Notes: a model not told the origin generated them from the letters alone. A stretch of 63,562 nt of DNA, filler included, from Octopus bimaculoides (GCF_001194135.2; 4 parts of 4 records of this genome joined end to end with filler, not necessarily neighbours in it); one strand, 5' to 3'; positions 37,067-49,396 are shown, counted from the whole stretch's first letter. Numbers and translations: made by a program.

Positions 37067-37192
37067 GTTCAAAGTATAAACCTCAGTCTCCTGTTGTTAA
37101 TACTATGAACAGCATACCATCTGTGATTTCTTCAGGAACTCATCCGAAATTATCTATTAACAGTCAAACAAAAGCTAATAGTAGACGTAAAG
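37067..37192 (+). CDS. foxM: FoxM-like exon 5
   Basis: tttcag|GT TCA AAG...CGT AAA G|gtcagt; 126 nt, phase 1-1; ends ANSRRK. Confidence 0.85.
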
Positions 37193-37763
37193 GTCAGTGT
37201 GAATATTGAATTTTGTCTTTTATTTTAGGTTTTTATTTTTTTATTTATTTTCTTATTTTTGAATCATCATCATCATTTAACATCTGTTTTGCTCCACAAC
37301 CTTTTTTTACTTGTGGTGCATTTATATTCTTTTCAAAATTTGACGGCACACCTGAATTAAAAATATAGCTAAAAGTATAGGTAAAAAAAGTTATATTCAG
37401 GTAACACTGCGGCACACTTAGCATTGCCGTGTGGCATACCAGTGTGCTGCGAAAAATTGGTTGTGGAACACTGGGTTAGACGGTTCAACTTGGGACTGGT
37501 GAGCTGGAGAGCTGCACCAGGATCCAGTCATCTGTTTTGGTTTGGTTTCTATGGCTGGATGCCCTTTCTAATGCCAACCACTTTACTGAGTGTACGGGGT
37601 GCCTTTCACATGTCACCAGCACAAATGGCATGGTAATTAATAATTATATACTAATTACGCAGTGGAACTGCAGAAGAATTCCAAAGTAACTCCCTTGTAG
37701 TATCTTGCTTTTATCCTGTGTCATGAGTTCAACTTCGCTTTTCCTTTTTCCAGAATTAATAAA

Positions 37764-38010
37764 ATGACTGTGTGGTTAAGAAGCATGCTTTGCAGTCATG
37801 TGATTTCAGGTGCCTTCTGAATGAATTTGGTAGAGAGAAACTGTGTGGAAGCTTGTTGTGTATATGTATGTGTGTGTGTGTGTCTTTGTGCCTGTTCGCC
37901 CCCATCTCCGCTACCACTATTTGACAATCAATGTTGGTATGCTAAAATTTAGCAGACTGGCAAAAAAGATTGATTGAATAAGTACCCGACTTATTGACTG
38001 CAGTCCAATG
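37764..38010 (+). mobile_element. SINE family A (internally deleted)
   Basis: gactgtgtggttaagaagcatgc...gaaactgtgtggaagc (TG)n ...tttgacaatc. Confidence 0.6.
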
Positions 38011-38374
38011 AGGGAAACAAGTAAAAGGCAATATAATGTACCATACTAATTTAAAAACTAGTGTTAATAATATGATAATTTGATACAAGTGACTATACTC
38101 TTCCCCAATAAACATCAGTCAAAATAAATTTAATACAGGACAAATCATACAGCAAAAAATAAATTTATAAATTCTTAGTGATCCAGGACTGTTACCCAAT
38201 TTATATTATTTTTTTTCTTATTTGAAATTATTTCTTTTACATTTTTTTGAAACTGGTTTTAATATGACAACTTCCCTTTTATTCTTGAAACATTTAAGCC
38301 AAAATAATTCAATGTCAACTAATTAGTTTCTCAATTTATGATTATTTCTTCCAAGCAGTGTTAGGTGCAGACAT

Positions 38375-38468
38375 GGCTCGGCACCAGTACTTTCTTGTTC
38401 TTAGGCCTAGTACATATTCTACTGGCTACTTTTGCTAAACTGCTAAGTTATGGGAACATAAACAAACC

Positions 38469-38501
<33 letters not shown>

Positions 38502-38645
38502 AGCTTCTTTTAGTTTCCATCCACCAAATCCACTTCCAAGGCTTTGGTTGGCCTGGGGCTGGAGTAGAAGATACACATCTAAGGTGCTACACAGTGGAAT
38601 TGAACCTGGAACCATGTGGTTCAGAAGCAAACCTCCTATCACATA
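38375..38645 (-). mobile_element. SINE family A
   Basis: Reverse complement of ggctatgtgataggaggtttgcttctgaaccacatggttccaggttcaattcc...ccaaagccttggaagtggatttgg. Confidence 0.8.
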
Positions 38646-38789
38646 GCCTGCAGAGAAGAAAAATCTTGTTTTCTTTTACTTCTCAAATGTTTGAAGATGA
38701 TATTTCCTTGTGAAAATTTCAATTTTTAATTTTTGTTGTTTTGAAATTCTTCTATTCACACACGCACATATATATTTCTCTGTTTTTAG

Positions 38790-38954
38790 AGCCTCCTTTG
38801 ATCTTACCTCGCCCTAATGTAGCACCTCAAGCTTATGCCTTAATTCCCATACACACCAATAATCTGACGCTTCAGAATCCCTCTACTATTTCTACTCCTC
38901 TTATCATCCAATTACCAACAATTTCAACTACAAATCCAGTCAAAAACTGTACAG
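38790..38954 (+). CDS. foxM: FoxM-like exon 6
   Basis: tgtttttag|AG CCT CCT TTG...ACA G|gtaagt. RRK-E-PPLILPRPNVAPQAYALIPI parallels the FOXM1 RRKMKPLLPR..YLVPI segment (recalled family knowledge). Confidence 0.88.
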
Positions 38955-39025
38955 GTAAGTCTTTAGACAAATTTTGTCTTTTTCCTTTTATTTATGATTA
39001 TTATTATTATCATTATTATTATTAA

Positions 39026-39296
39026 CCCATATATGCTCATAAAAAAATGAAGTCTTAAAATTATTATTAATCCATATATGGCCATAAAAAGATGAAGTCT
39101 TAAAATTTCACTGTATTAAATGTTATGGTAAGCTTTCACAATCTGGATGAGAAGGATAGTATGCAACTGCTAGCTACAGGTGTCGACTACCTACTGAACA
39201 TTTCATATGCTCCGTCTAATGCTTCCCAGCGAGTTCATATCCAAACAAGTAGGAACATGTTTGTGTTCTGAAAATGCAACCAGGGATATATATGGG
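39026..39296. mobile_element. piggyBac-type MITE (271 bp)
   Basis: TTAA(39022-25)|cccatatat ... atatatggg|TTAA(39297-300). Confidence 0.7.
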
Positions 39297-39300
39297 TTAA

Positions 39301-39480
39301 GGCAGTCAGCTGGCAGAATCGTTAGCAGGCTCGGCAAAATGCTTAGCGTTCTGATTTCAAATTCCACCAAAGTCGACTTTGCTTTTCATCCAGTTGTGGT
39401 TGTTAAATTAAAGTTGATGTAATTTACTATCCCACTCTCCACACATTCCAGGCCTTGTGCCTATAGTAGAATGGATTATT
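39301..39480 (+). mobile_element. SINE family B
   Basis: ggcagtcagctggcagaatcgttagc...caggccttgtgcctatagtagaatggatt. Confidence 0.8.
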
Positions 39481-39529
39481 ATTAGAGGGAGAGGGAGAGA
39501 ATTTATTTTCTTTCAAAGTTATTTGTTTA

Positions 39530-39680
39530 ATTATTTACATTATTTACATTTGACAGATATTTGTCCTCATCTTGTTTGTTAACACAACATTTTGGCTGAT
39601 ATACCCTCCAGCTGTCATCAGGTGTCTTGAGGAAATTTCGAACCTAGGTTCTCGTTCCCAAGGTATTTTTCGATGTTGTT
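39530..39680 (-). mobile_element. Repeat family P (hammerhead-bearing), minus copy
   Basis: Reverse complement of 40395-40540; contains gacac-CTGATGA-cagctg..cagcc-aaaa-tgtt-gtgtt. Confidence 0.75.
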
Positions 39681-39689
39681 CCGAGCGAG

Positions 39690-39838
39690 GTCGTTACCAG
39701 TGCCGCTGGACTGGCTCCTGTGCAGGCGGCACGTAAAAAACACTACTTGAGCGTGGCCATTGCCAGTACTGCCTGACTGGCCCTCGTGCCAGTGGCATGT
39801 AAAAGCACCCACTACACTCTTGGAGTGGTTGGCGTTAG
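39690..39838 (+). mobile_element. Repeat family C, 5' part (runs into gap)
   Basis: Matches 31920-32065. Confidence 0.8.
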
Positions 39839-40321
39839 NNNNNNNNNNNNNNNNNNNNNNNNNNNNNNNNNNNNNNNNNNNNNNNNNNNNNNNNNNNNNN
39901 NNNNNNNNNNNNNNNNNNNNNNNNNNNNNNNNNNNNNNNNNNNNNNNNNNNNNNNNNNNNNNNNNNNNNNNNNNNNNNNNNNNNNNNNNNNNNNNNNNNN
40001 NNNNNNNNNNNNNNNNNNNNNNNNNNNNNNNNNNNNNNNNNNNNNNNNNNNNNNNNNNNNNNNNNNNNNNNNNNNNNNNNNNNNNNNNNNNNNNNNNNNN
40101 NNNNNNNNNNNNNNNNNNNNNNNNNNNNNNNNNNNNNNNNNNNNNNNNNNNNNNNNNNNNNNNNNNNNNNNNNNNNNNNNNNNNNNNNNNNNNNNNNNNN
40201 NNNNNNNNNNNNNNNNNNNNNNNNNNNNNNNNNNCTGAATGCAGATATGAATAGCATATAGAACCAGGATTGGAAAATATTAGATTTAAAAGCCCTAAAA
40301 TTCACTCCATAATTTTCCACA

Positions 40322-40566
40322 GGCTATTAACCCCAAGATTCCGAGTTCAATTCCAGGCAGTGACCTGAATAATAATTAATAATAAGAACAAGAACAACAA
40401 CAACATTGAAAAATACCTTAGGAATGAGAAAATAGGTTCTAAATTTCCCCACCTGATGAAGGGTGGTGGGTATATCAGCCGTGTTAGCAACAAACAAGAT
40501 GAGGATAAATATCTGTCAAATGTAAATAATGTACATAAATTCCTCATCTCTTAAATATAGAACTGT
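40322..40566 (+). mobile_element. Repeat family P, plus copy with tRNA-like head
   Basis: ggctattaaccccaagattccgagttcaattccagg (B-box-like GAGTTCAATTCC), then an (AAT/AAC)n linker, then cac-CTGATGA-agggtg..cagcc-gtgtt. Confidence 0.7.
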
Positions 40567-40934
40567 ATTATTTGTTTAAATGCTGCAATCAGCTGAACAG
40601 ATTTGCACATTTTTAAATGTTGGTGTATAAATTTTATAGGTGATTTGTCATTAATGTCCTTAATCAATATTATTTTATAAATGAAATAAGTAAAAGAAAT
40701 AAAGTAATTCTGAATGTTGAAGATGTACCATACTGTCTAACCACTCACAATTCCTTCACCATTTTAATTTCTCAGTCATGCATTTTGCACTGATTTTCAT
40801 TCTTCTCATAACAGTCCACTGACTTGTGCATTCCTCTGAAGGAGTTTCTTTCTCTCTAATCTAATGTTGGTTCCAGACATTGTTACAAGGCTTCAAAATT
40901 GAAGCTAGGGAATAATTGATTATATTCTTTTCTA

Positions 40935-41150
40935 CTCTAGGCATAAGGCCTGAATTTTTTTTTTTGGCGGGGGGGGGGGAAGTCGATTAGATAGACCCTA
41001 GTACACAACTGGTACTTAATTTATCGACCCCGAAAGGATGAAAGGCAAAGTCGACCTCGGCGGAATTTGAACTCAGAACGTAACGGCAGACGAAATACCG
41101 CTAAGCATTTCGCCCGGTGTGCTAACGTTTCTGGCAGCTTGCTGCCTTTA
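40935..41150 (-). mobile_element. SINE family B
   Basis: actctaggcataaggcctg...atcgaccccgaaaggatgaaaggcaaagtcgacctcggcggaatttgaactcagaacg...gctaacgtttctggcagc. Confidence 0.88.
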
Positions 41151-41623
41151 TAATTATTTCTACTCTTGGCACAAAGTCTTGAAAATTTTTGGAGAGAAAG
41201 GGGATTGTCAATTACAACGACCTCCAGTGCATAACAGGTACTTAGAAACAATTGATTATATTGTCACAGTACGTGACAAGTATTTATTTTATTGACTTCC
41301 CTCGCCCAGAATGATAGGCAAGAATATAAAGGGCCATAACTCAGTATCACTAAACATTTTCTCATAATTTTTGCCGATCTACTCAATATCGTTTGTATTA
41401 CCTAATGTTATCTCTTAAAAAATTTCCTTTAACATTTATAATACGTTTATTCAGATCTATGGCTAAGATTAATATGGAAATTAAAATGTGAAGTTGTTTC
41501 AATTTTGCTTTGCATTTAAAAAATTTTTTTTGCAGAAACATTTATATTTTCAATTCTATTTTGTATTGATTTTATTAGTTGGTTGTATATACTGATATTT
41601 TTTAATATTTTCTATATTTTCAG

Positions 41624-42474
41624 GTAATTTAATGTCAAACACTGAAATACCAGCTTCACAAAATTATCCTCTTACTTCCACACCAATTTTACCAGCATCA
41701 AATAATCACCAAATTTCAGTGAAAGATCTTTTATTGTTTGACCAAAATTCTCTCAGCAAATCTCAAAACTTGGCTGAAGAATACCTACAGTCATTACCTC
41801 AAGAAACGGCTGAGCAACATAGCAGCAAACGTTTGTGTCTTAAAGCAAATATGAATTTGAACACAACCACAAAGAAATCTTTACTCTCAGATCATAATTT
41901 TCAGGAGCAGAAACCTCCAGCTAATAAGAAGAATCGGCGTAAACAAAAATTTGTTTTGAAGGAAATGAATCCACTAGACTCCTCTGTTATAGAAGATTCA
42001 TTTTCATTGAACAAAGAACTAAGACCTAAAGTAGTACAATCTATTTCGAACACCAGTTTAGACATAATGTCTTCTTCTTTACCTCTTACTCAAAAACCAT
42101 CTGTAACCTCAGTGCCAAACATTTGTGACAGTTCTTTAGACAGTAGTTTTCCAGAATTAACTGAGGAAGAGGACCAAACATTTTTATCTAATTTAGATTC
42201 AAATTCAATTTACTCTCGTAGAAAACCTAATATATTGTCAAGGAAGTCATTTTCACAGAATAACTTTACTACCAAACAAGATGGTCCTGAAAAGTTATCT
42301 ATGTTTTCGACAAGCACAAGCAATAACATTCTTGAATCTGACTTTGGCAATTTATTTGATATTCCACTTGCCTCTTGCAATAATCCAGATACCAACACAG
42401 GTGATTTACATGACCAATTAAAAGTCAATAATTGTATTGAAACTATTTCATGGGATGACTGTCATTTTATGTAG
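41624..42474 (+). CDS. foxM: FoxM-like terminal exon (acidic Ser-rich C-terminus)
   Basis: ttttcag|GT AAT TTA ATG...; 283 open codons in phase; ends ETISWDDCHFM*, resembling the FOXM1 terminal I-x-W motif. Confidence 0.88.
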
Positions 42475-43782
42475 CATAAATAATTAGAAAAACTCAATGT
42501 AGTATTCTGAATGTGATGACTATAGTCCACGATAAACATTTTATTTTCATGTTATATCCATCCATCCATCTATCCATCCATCATTGAAGGAACAAAAATC
42601 CAGTTATTTTTTCGTTATATCAAAATTTGTTTGATTACTTGTTATGAACAATTATAATTCTTTATAGGTCAGATTAAGTTAATAAGTCTGATGCAACCAT
42701 AACATTTATGCTGTCTATATACTTATTGATAAAGGGTCAGATTAGATTTTTTATAATGTTGGCCTGAAATGCTGGTTAAAGAGAAGACATGATAAATCAA
42801 TCTGTTAAGATATCTTGTATGTTTGTGTCAGTGTCTGTTGTTTGGGAGTAAGTTCTGATATGGAGGAAGGAGTATGACATCATTCTTCCAAAGACATGAC
42901 AAGTATTGCCTTCAAACTTATTTCTGTAACTTTTACAATTTCTAATAGTGATGGAATTTCTTTGCTTTGAGGAAAATGTTGAAACTTTGAAGCTATAAGA
43001 AAAATTCATGTTAGAAAGTGAAATTGAATATAATTATATTGAAATAGTTATAATTCTGTATTATTCAACCACACTATGATATTCTAATGAAATTAACGAA
43101 TATGATCTATTTGAAAAATATTTTTTCCAATATAAAATGAGAAAATATTTTTCTGCAAAATGATACTATAGATATTACTCTCTTTATGTTGTAAAGTATT
43201 TGATTTTAATAGATGATTGTAGCATTGTATATATCACTAATTTTTATGAATTCATTTAGCTGGTGATCTTATTGATTTAATTATACTCTTATTTATTGAG
43301 AATTTATTAATGGCTGGCAGGTTGTGTATGACAACGAAATGAGAATGGGTTATGTTTTTCTTTCTTCCTTTAATCAAAACTTCATAAGTGCAAAAGCTGG
43401 AGTTTGCAACAATGGCTAAAGAGTCTCTTGTTATCAGAATCACTGTGCAGAAGGAAAACATTAAAAAATTAATTTTAATATGTTAATTCAAAGCTAATTC
43501 ATATATGCATCAAACTGTATATTATACTATGTACTGTGCAGTACTATATAGTATCATACTATTTATTATATCTCCTAGCTCTTCAATTCTGACTAAAGAT
43601 TCCTCTTGGTCAAATATTCAAAATTACACTTTATATCTTTTCTGTGAGAGTGATTATTTCAAAAAGAGCATTTCTGTTTCCTGGAAACAGAAATGCTATT
43701 TTGATTGCAAGTTAGTTTGAAATGCTTGAATGTTTTAGCAATTTTTGGTTGATGGATATCTTCAGGCAAGTTTCTTTTTTTA

Positions 43783-44138
43783 TGCATGGCTGTGTGGTAT
43801 GAAGTTTGGTTCCCAATCACATAGTTCTGGGTTCAGACCTGCTGTGTAGCACATTAGGCTACTGCCTTCTACCATAGCCCCAGGCCAACCAAAGATTTGG
43901 TAGACAGAAACTGAAAGAATTCCATCATATATGTGTGTGTGTGTGTGCTTGCAATTGTCCTGCACCACCACTTGACAACCACTATTGGTTTGTTATTTAT
44001 TTACAATCTCATAACTTTGCAGTTTGGCACACAAGACCAACAGAATAAGTACAAGCTTAAAAAAGATAAGTATTGAGGTCGATTCATTCAATTAAAACCC
44101 TTCAGGCTTCAAAGATTGAAACAAGTAAAAGATAAAAG
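43783..44138 (+). mobile_element. SINE family A, near full length
   Basis: Head gcatggctgtgtggtatgaag, internal (TG)n, tail ccaccacttgacaacc...gaaacaagtaaaagataaaag. Confidence 0.8.
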
Positions 44139-45829
44139 AAGTAATTGACATCAGTTTTGATTTATGTGATATCATTCTTGTAGAAATTTATCTTTTGGTA
44201 TGAGGTATACTTCTAATAAAGAGTTGCAAATGGCTTGGTCTGTAGGATGCCAGCTTACAAGCCAAAAGATTAACAGCATATATTCCTTTACTTGTACTTA
44301 AATACTATCTTTCCTGGACCAGTCAACTTAACTTTAGATTGGCTCTATAGAAAGGTAAAATTTATTAATGTGAATTGCAGTGGCACTGTAAAGCTGAGGA
44401 ACATTGTTTTGGCTTTGAGTCTGAGCTGAAGTGCTGTTTCTTGAACTTCTTTTAAATGCTGATGTGTTGATGAAATCTGTGGTTATGCATAAATGTTTTG
44501 ATGGGTTAAATGACATTATGTCTTCAGCTTTTACTAGAAGACAGCTTTTGTACATGTAAACACAATGTCTTTGAAGTTGAATACAACTAGAATTTTAAGA
44601 AAGCTGACCTCAATACAAATAGATATATATTAGTTGTACCTAGTTTGAAAATAGAATGAAGAGTTATTTCAAGCTCATTAGGTATTATTTTATTTCTTAG
44701 CATTCTCACGAAAGCTTTCAGATATTATCTTACACAATTTAGAAGTTGGATAATTTCAGTTTCCTAGTTTTTTGACTGTTGTGGTTGGAAGATTTGAATT
44801 TGAAATTATATGATAGCTCTGATATTCAACAGTGTGGGTATGGTTGTGTTGTATATTTATTATAAAATTATGTATTTAATTATAAAATCTATGAATGTTA
44901 TATTGAATGAAATGTTATAAGTTCATACTAGGAATATGGCTAGTATAAATATTTGTTGAACATTTTACCTCTTCATGTTAATGATTTGGTATACGGTAAA
45001 AGACCATTCAAATTGAAAACTACAAGTCTTCTAATTCATGTCAATATCTGAAAGAGAATTTGTTAATCCATCTATGCTTGTATTGACAAATGGATGTAAA
45101 AAAGAGAAATTATATAAGGTATATCAAAGTAATAAAATCTGATTACCATCATTCATGATAATTGCACAATGTTGTATTTACAAAGTATCCTGTTGTAAAG
45201 ATTTCCATACACTTAATTTCTATATTACAGTTTTCTGTTTTGCTTGGTAGCCAGTATTTACAAACAGTTTATCTGAAATCAATTTCCATAATGTTATTGT
45301 TATATTGATATTCACAATATGAACACCTTTTTCTTGTTTTCTGAAATGTTTCGTTACTTCAAATTGAAGCAAAAAAGTGAATAAATTATAATTGCTCTCA
45401 TAACTTCTTTTACTCTATAATTTGTTAATTATTAAAAAGAAAAGCAAAATCAAACTTCAATGACTCTTTGTTTATTAAATTGAGCTGCAAATTCTCCTTC
45501 AAAATGCACCCTACTGTATTAAAAAGAGAAAACCTGTCTCTAGTATAAAGTAATCCTGGAGACATTATATCTCAAAGACAGGATGATGAAAGCATGAACC
45601 CTTTTGATCAAAAGTCCACTCAGTCAAGATTGATTCAAGGCTAAACAACAACTTATTAAGTCCTCAGTACGCCACAGAAATATCCCTCTTTTTAAAGAAT
45701 TCCAAGTGAAGTACAATGGGTTGTAGGAAAACCTAAGTTCATTACTGCAAGCTTCTACTCCCTATATTACTGAGACGTACCTTTCTCATAATACAGTTAG
45801 ATGAACTGGTCTAGTGAGAGATGGTTATC

Positions 45830-46025
45830 ATCATCATCATCATCGTTTAACGTTCACTTTCCATGCTAGCATGGGTTGGACGATTTGACTGAGGACTGGT
45901 GAACCAGATGGCTACACCAGGCTCCAATCTGATTTGGCAGAGTTTCTACAGCTGGATACCCTTCCTAATGCCAACCACTCCAAGAGTGTAGTGGGTGCTT
46001 TTACATGCCACCGGCACGAAGGCCA
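45830..46025 (-). mobile_element. Repeat family C
   Basis: (tca)n gtttaacgttcactttccatgctagcatgggttggacg...; reverse complement of 32010-32200. Confidence 0.85.
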
Positions 46026-46749
46026 GTTATTCTATTGTTGGTAGAATAACTGCGTTGTGTTTGTGACAGAATGTGAACTACAAAACTTTTAATTTATTAG
46101 CTGACAATCTACCAACTTGTTGTAGTGATACACATTAAACACCCCTGTGCGATTAAAAGATGGACTCGTTGAACTCTTATAAAGAGTAACATAATTGTTA
46201 CTCTTTATAAATAACGGCGTTCGGAGTCTTGCGTAGCAGTAGTCGAAGTACATCGTGTGAATACATTACTTTACTACTCCTGCTTTGTTATATCATATAT
46301 CCAAATGCAAGAATATAAAACAGCCCTACCAACTGTCACTATCACATTTGTAATTAGTATCTATTTATCTGATCTTTTACTATCACTCCCATTAGTTTAT
46401 TTAACTGTCATGAAACTTTGCCAGGGATATAAAAAAAATTAGTTATATATTTATATATGCGAACTCTTTGTATCTTTTCATTTTCTTTGATTTCAAATTC
46501 TGTTTTTTAATCCTGCATCACCTTGTGAGGAGATAGTTACCTCCCTTTGTGTTAATAACCCTCGAGAGGGTACCATGTGGTTAAATTGTAGTTTTTTGTC
46601 AAATTTTTCCTTAGATGAAACATTATTACACATTGATACATTGAGACCTGTGTTCTCACTGTGGTTGTTAGTCACGAAGCTTTGGCCATTCTAACCTCTG
46701 ACTTTCTTCCAGTGTCTGACATATTTAGCAATATTCTTGGCTGGATGTG

Positions 46750-47290
46750 TAATGTAAATTTACATGTGCGACAGAGTGCTTGTGTATTGAGAGAGAGAAG
46801 TTAGGCATAAGAGGAATTATATGCCGCGTGCAAGAGGGAAGACTACGCTGGTTTAGGTCATGTGATGCAGATGGATGCTGATAGCGCCATGAAGAAATGT
46901 CTTTCACTCAAAGGGGATGAAATTCTTGCAAGAGGGCAACACAGGAAGACATGGGACGAAGTACTGAAGGGCAACCTCAGACCGCTGAATCTTTCGGACG
47001 AGATGATAAAGGACTGGGATACCTAGTGCCTTGCTGTATTCAAGAAGACCTGTCCTCCACAGCAGAAGTGTTAAAGCCGCATCCTCTGGCGAAAGGGATT
47101 GGCCTGCAAGAGTCCTGAGCCAATGTCGTGTAAAAAGCACTCGTACCAGTGCCGCGTAGAAGCGCTCGTGCCACTGTAAAGTGGTTGTCGTTAGGAAAGG
47201 CATCCAACCGTAGAAACCAGACCAAATCAGACTGGAACCTGGTGTCAGCATAGAAAACGGACGTTAAAGGATGATGATGATGATGAATAT
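46750..47290 (+). mobile_element. RTE-type LINE 3' fragment followed by family C tail
   Basis: LREKLGIRGIICRVQEGRLRW-GHVMQMD...RGQHRKTWDEVLKG; ends ggacgttaaaggatgatgatgatg. Confidence 0.75.
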
Positions 47291-48936
47291 TTTTTTTTCT
47301 AAATTCAGTGTTACCATTCCGTTGTCCATATCCAGCATATTCTCTATATTATTCTACAACTTGTAATGTACCTATTCTATTATGTTTGAACCAAAATCCA
47401 TGTCAATGGTCCAACTCATGCTAGTATAGAAGATGGACGCTAAAAGATGATGGTTTATCGGCTTCGCATTGGCTGTTGGAAGACAGAATATTTGATACTA
47501 CAGTAGAAATTAATATTCGTATTTTGGCTGAGTTGGTTTCTTGTTACTCTGAGCTTCACCTGTGCTTCAGTGCCTCCGTTGGAATGGTGTCTATAGCTGG
47601 ATGTGTTGCATAGGAGCAGAGACAGGGAAAAATGATGAACAAGAGTGAAAAGGTGGTCGGTGGTAAATATGAGTTGAATAGAAGGTAGAGGAGAAGAGGT
47701 GAGGAATGGTAGCACAGTATAACATTTTTAATATTCTTGAGAAATATATGAATGTCACATGCTCTCCTTGAAACAAAAAGGTCCTCGGCTTATGTAAGAA
47801 ATCACTCACTCTGTTGATATTATATAACAGGCAAACTTTTGGCGGCCAAAATACATGCTACATCTACACTGTGCCACCACACTCAGCTAGAGCTCTTAAA
47901 ATTACTTCAATCGTTGAGTCTCCGAAGGTATGTTTTGGCAAAAACACATCCTTAACGTAACCAGGATCAATTCCCAGCGACCAGTTTTTCTCTTCAGATC
48001 TATAAGATACTTCATTCTCTAACAATTATTATTTTACAAAGCTCAGCTGAGATTCTCACACGGTGTATTACTCTCACATATGAGACATTACTGTTGTTGG
48101 TGTCCACAAACATCGTAGATCACTGCCAGAAAAAAGGCTACTCTGTTGATTGGTCATTAAGTCACACACAGACATGCTCTAGCTTATTTCCTACAAGTGT
48201 ATTGTCTCCTCTCTCTGCTTTTTCGACCGCTAGTAATGGGGTTTACTTCTTGATGTTGGCTCGGTTCAGGCCACTCCCGTCCTACTTATCTTTTGTCAGT
48301 CCTCTGGAATTCTCTCCACCTTCATATTTTCGTTGACTTACAAAAATACAAGGGGAACATTAATGGAACCAATTCTCACCGGTTTGGAAAGGCTTGCAAA
48401 GGCTATGGACACTGCCACGTCTTCCAGTCTCAGCAAGTACAAAAAAACAATGGAACGAAATTTAATGAAATTTGATACAGATCTTGCCAAGTCGGAAGTT
48501 ACTGTTTTAAATGAGTTTGATGATTCAAATTTAATTCTTCGTCGTGGTATAAACAAAATAAAGCGATAAAAAGATTGTATGGAACAGATTTAAATAACAA
48601 CATGGTGAAGATTTTAAGTAAATTTATTTTCATAGGCTTTAAGTGACATCGATTGCCAGAGTTAAAATATTCTTCATTATTTGGAAAGTGTAGGAAAATA
48701 AAAAGAAGTGTATGTTGTATCTGCAATATATTTCTATTAATTATAGGAGTTACCTTAATATGTAATAAGAGAGATAAGACAATTTGAGGCTATTGCAATG
48801 TGTATGTTTGTGTGAATAGAGCCTTTAAATAAGAGTATAATGGTAACTTGGCGAATGTTTTCGACGAAGCAGTATGTCCACTAAGGATTTCAGCTATTGA
48901 TTAAGCTCCCAAGAAACTAAACTAGAGAGCTGGCGT

Positions 48937-49002
48937 TTAATCATCCTCCATGTATTTTGTCTGCTGACCAGTGTAAGCTGGAAGAACCATCTTGGAATTG
49001 GC
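48937..49002 (-). CDS. Myophilin/transgelin-like CH protein, terminal exon 5
   Basis: ttttcttcttttgcag|GCC AAT TCC...GAT GAT TAA; ANSKMVLPAYTGQQTKYMEDD*. Confidence 0.85.
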   Translation of the reverse strand, partial: ANSKMVLPAYTGQQTKYMEDD

Positions 49003-49396
49003 CTGCAAAAGAAGAAAAGTAACTCTGACACAGAATGAAGGAATATTTGGTGCGAAATTTAGAGTAAATCACTGCAGAATGAGTGGTTTAAGAATGATTA
49101 ACTGTGTATTTCAATAAACTTTCTTTTGAATGCAGTTTAGAATACGAAAAATCAGACCTGAACCTCCCAGCCACGAGAGAATTATTCTCCAGAAAAGAAA
49201 ACAATTTAAAGCAATTTGAAGCTTTCATTTAAGAAAGCGTAAATTTTATTGGAGATGAGACAGCATTACAACCATATTCACATTCACTATACTTCATGAG
49301 TAAAGGAGCTAAACCAGTTTATGTTAATGAATTCATATACAACTTTTTCGTCTTTTCAAGATAAGTGTAAATGAAACAGAATAGAAAAATACTTAC

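Noticed and set aside
44334-44555. Minus-strand 73-aa ORF as a further exon of the CH gene
   Set aside because: No calponin-repeat motif, the CH gene already terminates at 48937, and no clear splice sites.
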